A DNA stretch of 64,000 nt. It comes from Paraspadella gotoi (lineage: Eukaryota > Animalia > Chaetognatha). The DNA is taken from contig CM119267.1 of assembly GCA_051294375.1 (NCBI GenBank), forward strand, positions 15,416,105 through 15,480,104, given 5' to 3'. How positions within the stretch are numbered: position 1 is the stretch's first letter; every line of letters begins with the position of its first letter. Shown here in pieces: positions 34,903-64,000 of this stretch. The position numbers were made by a program, and so were the translations under genes. The notes under the pieces were generated by a model, which did not search any database, was not told the DNA's origin, and saw only the letters and a program-made list of their open reading frames with translations.

Positions 34903-37051
34903 GAAGGTTTCTTGTTTTTGTCTAAAAAAATAGATACTACAATCACTGGTTCGTATTGGAGAAGATTAATTTGTAAGCTGCGTACATGTTTTGTCCAAAT
35001 CTCTAATTGTAGTGTTATGACTAGGGTCTTATAAATAGATGAAAATCATGTAAAAACAATTATCTACCACCTCTCAAACACCGAGGGGGGAAGCCAAAAT
35101 TATAACAAAACGGATCAGTGAATAAGTTCAAGCCGTTAGTTTTCCCTTTTTTCTAATGCCTAATTTTGGTTTTAATTCTTGGTCGTAGTTTGATCAAAAT
35201 TACAAATTTACAGAAAAGTAAGTTTTCTATTATTTTTCTAATTTAGTTAAATTGATTGCTACTCAAAGCTTGCAGGAAGGGGAATATACTCTCCAGTCTC
35301 CAGGGAAACCCAGGGAAATCGACAGTTCAAGTGGCAGACCGCGAGTGAAAACTAAAAAGGAATTGAGAGCACGCAACCCGATCAAGAGGCGGGGCTCTCT
35401 CACGTGCGATTTGGGATTTCCAGGGACAATTAAATAAGTCGGATATAAACACGTGATGTGATAAATAATATTTCATAAGAAAAGAGTCCCTATTTAGTGC
35501 ACATTTGAAAATCCAAACTGACTGAACCTCTTAAATTTAAAATATCCTAATTACTTTTCCACAAAAAACGGAAACAATGAAAGATAAATTTCAGTCATTT
35601 TTTGGGGTTTCAATTGCAAACACAATAGTCGGTGAAAAAGCGCGTTCTTTAGCGTAAATATTACCTGCATTTTGAAAGGGAAATACCGATTCTTTCTGCA
35701 ATCGTTCTCGATCATTTCGCGCGGTCAATGCCAACATTCATATTATTCATAATTAATAAAGTATTAAAACTCACGAAACGTACAAAGCAAAATACATTCA
35801 TGATAGTTTATTTTTGCGTATTCATGTTGATTGCTAGGAAATTTGGTCTAAAGTAGTAGAAGAATACCGTAAAGTAACCAATGATTACGCCGTGATTAGA
35901 TCGGAGGAACACGAAAGCGCGTGATATACGAGAAAGAGAGCTAGAGAGAAAATTTTATGGAAGTTATGGCAAAGGAAAAACGAAACCGGTAAACGGCGTC
36001 ACGTATGGAAACATTTATGGCGAATTAAAGCTTCAAACACAATTTACGAAACATTAATTCAGTTTTATAACTTTTTATGCTAAGCAAGCCACTTATATTA
36101 GCTTTTAGATGCACGTATTCTAAAGTCAGTTCGAGAAAAAAGGGTAATCCTTGCCAAAACTCTAAACACAAATGTTATACAGCATTCATGCATGCTACAA
36201 GACTTGAACCTTCGCATTATGAATTTTCGCTGAAGGGAATAAAGGATAATGATTTGAAAGACTAACACAAAATGGAAGATGTCTTTTCCAAAACCCTGGA
36301 GGGATTTACTGTTTCTATTGTCAGTCAAAATAAATTGGAGAGCTAAATACTGTTAAAGGCCTGGCAATTCAAACATACTTCCATGGGATTAACCCGGAAT
36401 GCCCATGCAATCCATTTATTTTAACCGAGCAACATAATCACGAACCAAACAAAACTTGGTTGCGTTTTGTCTTTCGGGCGGGAATGACCACAAGTCTGCG
36501 CGACAAGCTATCAATTTAAAAAGCAAAATAAAATTGAACTCATACTTAGAAGGGATTAAGTACTGCGCGATAAATTCGTCGATCCAAAGAAAAAAATAGA
36601 AAACCAACCCTTATCAATTAACAGAAATCGAGAAAAAAAAAATTAAGCCGGAAAATCTGCTTTTTTGCCGCTAAAAAAAAAGAAAAACGGATGGAGAAGT
36701 CGGCTAGGCAGTTATGCAGCTTTTGCGCAATGAACATTCCTCCTTAACCAATAAGAATATTAAGAACCGTTATATTATTAATATTTTTTAAATTTTGTCT
36801 TGAAAAGAACAAACAAAAAACGAAAACAATCGCTGCGAATTCGGCGGCAACGGAAAGAATCATTTGGAGGGAAAACAAAGAAATGACGTCCGCCAACAAA
36901 GTCGTCGGTCGAGCGCGATTCGAAAAAGCGAAGATCGCGCGACCGTGAATCTTCCGTCGACGAACGAAGCGCGAAAAGCGAGAAAGTTTCTTCCTTCTTT
37001 GTATTTATTTTTTTTTTGGTTTTGTTTAAAAACCGAACTCCTTCGCGTTCA

Positions 37052-48520
<11,469 letters not shown>

Positions 48521-49348
48521 TTTTTTTTATCGGTTTTTTCCTTGGTCACACAATTTTTTTAACACCAGTTTTTTTGTTTTTTTAATTTTTTTCTTTTTTC
48601 AAGTTAGAATCCGAACGGCGTCGGTCGAGGACGAGGAGCGCATGCAAAAGCGATTAAAGCAGGAAATTCGCGGTCCGAAGTTCATTTGCGAAAAAAAAAG
48701 CGATTTCGTGTGTTGATCCCTCTCGTAGAAGTTCGCGCCGTTGAAAACTTTTTTTTTTGATCGACGACAAAATCTGATAAAAAGATAAGGATTAATAATG
48801 CGGCCGACTGAAGGGCTAAACTTTTTTTTACGACCGAAGTTAATACCGAGAAAACTGAGTTAATAAATAATTATACTAATAACTTACCATAAACGGGATG
48901 ACGAGTAATAAATAAATAGCGGGGATGACGACAAAAACGAAAGTTTAAAATACTTGTGTTAAATTTAATCCATTATATATAGAGAGAAATAAAATTTTTA
49001 CGCGTGTCGGATGATTTAAAAATTTTAATTTTTAATCTGGTGCCGAAAGTCTTGGGATATTCATTAGAATCTCGCATGGAAGCCCTAAAAATAAGAAACA
49101 GTCAAAAAGAATATAAATTATCGTCAAAAACTCAAACAATAACAACCAGTCTAAGAGGAACAAAATTCTCGATAAATATTTTCGAACACACCAAGAGAAG
49201 ATGGAAAGACAAGGGGAAAAATTAATAGCAAAGGGAAAGAGAACGAAATCGAAAAATGAATCGTGCTCACTTCACCCCCTCCATTCTCGAAATTTGATCT
49301 TTTTAAAAGAGTAAAATAAATACAGTCTTGAATCGGAGAAAAAAAAAT

Positions 49349-59204
<9,856 letters not shown>

Positions 59205-59314
59205 AATTTTAAGTGACTTCTAAAAAGAAAAAAAATAACGGACACCAAAACCAAAACAAATAATATTACCAATTGACGTAGTTCGTATTGTATTGAAAAA
59301 AACTTTTTTCAATC

Positions 59315-60493
59315 TCAAAATATTATCTGATAATCAAATTTGTAAAGTTGACTCGTCGCCAATATTTTCAACGTCCGATGCAACATAACGGCGGTCAAAC
59401 CCCATATTTTGTGTTCATATGGTTCTCCGTGGAGAGCTGGATACACTGGAAGTACGTAGCCATTAATTTCTTTTCGGATGAATTTTCTAAAAGAAACAAA
59501 ATTCTCGCCGGCCATCTCCAAATAAACTATATTGAGAAAAATGAGAGATTTCATTCACCCGGTTTCGCCACTAGGAACCTTCGTGATTCTTTTGGATCGA
59601 AATTTGGTGTAGCGAGAATTTTTGGGGTCGCATAACGAGGCAATCGTTCGATGGAAAAAAACGTCCACCTCAGCCGGATTCGGTTTTAGGTGGGAGATTT
59701 CAATGTCGCAGAAACCTAGCGGCGAAAAAAAGGATACAAAATTAAATACTAAAAAAAAAAAAAAATTTCGGCAAACAGATTCCATCACGAAGCGACCCAT
59801 AACCTAAAACCGGAGTGGTAACGGTTTGACCTTCGACACGACCAGGCATTCGCGGCAACGTTCCCCAAACGTCGACTCTCTCAGGAGGTATTGCCAATTC
59901 TTCCTCGGCCTCGCGAAGAGCCGCTTTCACCGAATCTCCACCATCCTCCTCGTCTTCCATTCCTCCGGGAAAACAGACTTCTCCTGAAATAAAATCTACG
60001 TGGTTGCGTCGTGCGACAGTCACGACAAAAACTTTCGCGATGGATCCGCTGAGTCGCTGACCTCTGTGACGGCTCAAGTCCCTCGACCGCAAAGTGAAGA
60101 TGATAGAGGGCTCCGCGCCTACGAGGCACATGGGAATGAGGACCGCGCTCCTTCGCGCCGTCCTATCTTCGCCCTTGGACGCGTACGAGGCCGGCCATTT
60201 GGGAATCGTTCGGCGCACACGCTCCTTGTTGTCTTACGGAGGTGAAGGAATATCGATTTTTTTTGCTTCGCAGACTTTCTGGGGATTTTCTCTCTGGCAC
60301 GACAAATTTATTTTTTCACTTGCGTCATTTTATGTTCGTCTTGGAGGGGAAATAAAATGTGCTTACCATTTGAAAAAATGTTCGTAAAAGTCAGCGGCTG
60401 TTTGTAACTGCTCGTAGAGTAACAACAACTCGCACAACCGCCCATCGATCTGATTTGAAGATTTTCAATGGTCGAAAACATTTTGAGGGCCAT
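59315..60493 (-). CDS. NUDT8: CoA-diphosphatase Nudix hydrolase, NUDT8-like
   Basis: SAVLIPMC, FTLRSRDLSRHRGEVCFPGG, AALREAEEEL Nudix box, PNPAEVD, IWGLTAVMLH. Confidence 0.8.
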
Positions 60494-60745
60494 GGGATCT
60501 TAAGTTTTTAAGACAGCTTTCAGTTCATCTGTAAGTATCGGTAATAGAAAAAATAGAGATCGCTAAAATATGAAAAACGATCAAAAACTGGGAGCATAAA
60601 AGCAAAACGTATAACCTTCCCATTACATTAGCTATCACTTGAGACCGTTATAAAGATTCTGAATTGTTATGATTCATCTAGGATTTCCGAGTCATTGCAA
60701 GCCCGCATTTAAATCAAAAGGCCTTATATCTTTCACTTTATTCAA

Positions 60746-62864
60746 TCACAAGACCACAAAATGGTTCTTATCGACTACGTCCGCGACGACAGGTCCTTTC
60801 GAGTCGAAGGGTTTCGTAGCTTCCACGATTCCCCGCACCGCTTCCGGCGTCAGCTTTTTGGCGGAATCTTCGACGGTCGCGTTGTTGACGTCGATGCCGT
60901 GGGAATTGTCAGCGTTTTTGATAAGACGCTTCCACTGTTCGTTAGTCTAGGAACATAAATCGCCGAAATTTAAAACTATAGAGAGGATTAATATACAAGA
61001 TATATATATAATAAGATAACATTATATATAAAGTATATGAGGAAAAAAAGGATTTGTTTCTTAATGAGGCCACCTGCTCGATGATGTCGTGGGCAAACGC
61101 TCGGTTTTTTGCTTCTCCATTGAAGGCAAATTTGTTTTCGGGTTTTCCGTCGGGCATTTTGTAAATGCGGAACCATTCCACGGTGGCGGCAATGAAGCCT
61201 GGAAGGAGAAATTGCAGTTATCGATTTTCATCATGAAGCGAATTTTTCGGGTTGTCTTGGCCAGTTGTTATTAATGTGGATACCAGGCATGTTCTTCTCA
61301 ATGTCGGTGATGTCGTTGAGCGTCTTCGCCAGCGGATCGTTGATGTCTATAGCAAGAAGCTTCCAGTCCGTCTCTCCGTCGTCGATTAGAGCTAAAGTTC
61401 CCAACACCTTCACCTTAACAAGTATATAGTATAATATTATATTGTGAAATTAGCACTTTAATACTAAAAGAAAGAGAATTTCAAGGAAGAAACTTTCGAT
61501 GAACCAAAGGAATGAGCAAAGGAATAAGCTACATAAATAGGTAAATTTGAAAACTCTTACCTGAATGACGTCTCCGCGCTTGCAGACGCGTTGGCCGATC
61601 TCGCAAACGTCGATTGGGTCATTATCGCCGCCTTCCTTGGTGTTAGAATCGATGTGGTCGGGGTCTTCCCACGTTTGGGGAAGAGCTCCGTAGTTCCAGA
61701 TGTAACTTATTAAAATTAAAAAAGTATGTACGTAAAGGCAAAAAGGTTATAGAGCATTTTCGTTAAATTAGCCGACAATATTTTTACCCGTGGTGCGGAA
61801 AACAATTGTGAACAAATCTCAGTTTTCCTTTTTTTTCGTCTTGTTTAATCGGATTAAGTTTCTCTTTCGTTGCGATCTCCATCTAAAAATGTGAATGGTT
61901 GGAAAGGAGGAAGAGAAGAGATTAAATCGATTGTATCGTTTTTTAAAGTTAAACATTTTGAAAGCCAGCAGAAAAAGAGAGAGCTAGCATGATAGGAATA
62001 GAAGACAAGGCTTGGCTCTTAAAATTCGGCCAAAGTGAGCAAACAAGAGCCGGATTCTCTGGGTGACCAAATCAGAGAGATCCGAGTGAAACCCAAAACG
62101 CTATAAGAAACGGTTACAGGCGATACAAATTTTGGGAGATGAAATTTCTCCCCGCGCCCACCCGCCCGATTTCACGACCCTTATTCTGTCCCTGGCTAAA
62201 ACGTGTCGCCGCAAGGCTACCTTATTTCCGTTCATAATGTAAACAAAGAGGGCAGACAAAGAGCGAGTGGCTTCAATGCGCAGTATGCACATTGCACCAT
62301 CTACACGGATTAATAAGTAAATTTTTTAAATCAAATTACACCACACAAAAAGGACAAAATAACTCCAACGGATACCTTGGCGTTGGTCCACCGAGGAATT
62401 TCGACAACCATGTTGAAGGTTTTGTTTTCTTTATCCGCATAGAGAGGAATGTCGTGAAATGGGCTTAAGTATTTCCCTGAAAAAAAGATGAGATTATCTA
62501 ATTATCTATCTTATCTTACGCTTCGCGAAACCGTCTTAACGTTCTCACCGTCTCCGTCCTTGTAAAAGATGCGATAATCGGCGGTGTTGCGCTGACCCCG
62601 CTCCTCGATCGCGAAAGTAGCCATCGTTTTGGCGAGCGTGGAAGAGAAAAACGAGGATAAAGTCGAAGGGAATCGACTGGTCTCGAAAAGAGGACGACGA
62701 GGAGGAGGATGAGTAAAAAAAGTCCTCTTCGATCCCGAGACTGATGAGAAGGGATTCGCCGTAAAAACGACGGAGGCGCCTTCGTTGCGAGGAAGGAAAT
62801 AAACCGGCAAGCGCCGCGCGGAATTCCAGACTCCGTTAAAAGAGAGTAAAAGACCGAAAGTCAT
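60746..62864 (-). CDS. Family I inorganic pyrophosphatase (PPA1/PPA2-type)
   Basis: [78 protein letters not shown]; stop TGA 60746-60748. Confidence 0.95.
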
Positions 62865-63134
62865 CGGCGAATTTAGGCTGCATAATATGCATATGTATCT
62901 TAAATGATTAGAATCTCGTCGGAAGCGCTGGAACCGATGAATAAATTAAAGGCGTATCACCGGGTAAAATAGTTAAGGAAAAGGAGAAGAGAGAATCATG
63001 AAAAAAATTAAGAGACTGGAACATGTTCAATTAGCACAAGAAAACAAAATAATTGGGAAAAGGCGCGACAGGATTTTTAAAATAAATTCTTTAGTTTCGG
63101 GGTGTATTTTTAATTTCTTTTTCCTCTGCTTGGG

Positions 63135-64000
63135 TTACTTTTTCAACGAAAAGTAAAGTATTAGAGAAAGAACGCCGACGATGACGATGAGAATACCGAT
63201 GAAAATACACATTTTTTTCCTCGATTTCGTCTGATAGACTTTAGCCTTTTCCAAATGAACGGCACCGGATTCCACCTGAACAACGAATGAGCGCAAGGCG
63301 AAGGATAAATGGAGGAAAACGCGAATGCTACGATAAATTGACTCTGATAAGTACTTGTTCGTTAGCTTGCTCCACGTTTTGTTCGATCGAGTCGATGACT
63401 TCCCCCTGTTCCGAAATGAGCGTCCCGAGTTCTTTGAAAATCTCATTGATGTCGACAATGTCGCGTTCCAAGTTAAGAATGGCCTCTTCTCGCTCCTATA
63501 TGAATTATTTTTTAAATGGAATAAAATGTACAAGTGAGCTAAATCTCCGAAAACACACCTGGAGGAGGGCCAGATCGGCCTCCGCTTGTGCCTGATCTGC
63601 CAGCAACAGTGCCTGACGCTGTTGGGAGTCGTCGTCGGCCAAGAGCTCTGCCCCTCCGTTTTCCGACACGAGCAAATCATCTTCGTCAATCCAGACAGAC
63701 GTCTGAGGAATTGAAATATTTTTATAGTGAAAAATTATGAATACAAGAATATATTATTGTACAATGTACAAGAGAAAAGTGAGAAGTTTTAATAATAAAT
63801 CGAAAACATTTAAAAGGTGACTACCGTCCGAATCGAACCAGCTTAATCAAGTTAAAAATCGACAACCTTGAGTGGCTTATCCTTGGGCTTTTCCCGCCTT
63901 CTCGAAACGAAGGAAGTCTTCATCTTATCGGCCACTCTCCTTTGACTGCCAGTGTAATGTTGTACGGCGGCCTGAAATTCTTTCTTCAGTCGGTCGAGTT
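63135..64000 (-). CDS. Syntaxin-7/12 family Qa-SNARE, 5' part outside window
   Basis: [38 protein letters not shown] motif and C-terminal TM ([26 protein letters not shown]). Confidence 0.85.

Noticed and set aside
35290-35430. RNase MRP/P or spliced-leader RNA gene
   Set aside because: CGGGGCT is present but the GAAAGUCCCC partner is not; no donor-plus-Sm-site arrangement. No SL RNA gene was recognised anywhere in the window.

Overview
Compact metazoan genomic DNA (CpG-rich exons, AT-rich spliceosomal introns of mostly ~50-100 nt); the organism cannot be named from sequence alone. Seventeen consecutive, functionally unrelated protein-coding genes all lie on the minus strand (reading right to left: STX7/12, PPA, NUDT8, GAA, beta-spectrin, ORC3, POLR1G-like, NUP205, PIN1, ZDHHC3/7, RPL12, COG8, PRDX4, TRAIP-like RING, ABHD6-like, CCSER-like, LRRC42). 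The only plus-strand gene, CFAP99, is nested antisense in a GAA intron and has an X-box/CCAAT promoter. Eight stop-to-ATG gaps are only 110-270 bp, and most genes have a 3' splice-acceptor-like site 13-35 nt before the ATG. This is the expected signature of polycistronic operons resolved by spliced-leader trans-splicing, and is the main candidate system (inference, needs RNA data). Also seen: five GC-AG introns and many AAG acceptors, a ~5-kb CpG-poor NUP205 exon, two Helentron/DINE-like elements, a TA-flanked MITE, a 3x324-bp tandem array built on a dispersed repeat, and a highly structured GC-rich intronic insert. Gene identities come from remembered family motifs, not database searches; exon boundaries were read by eye.
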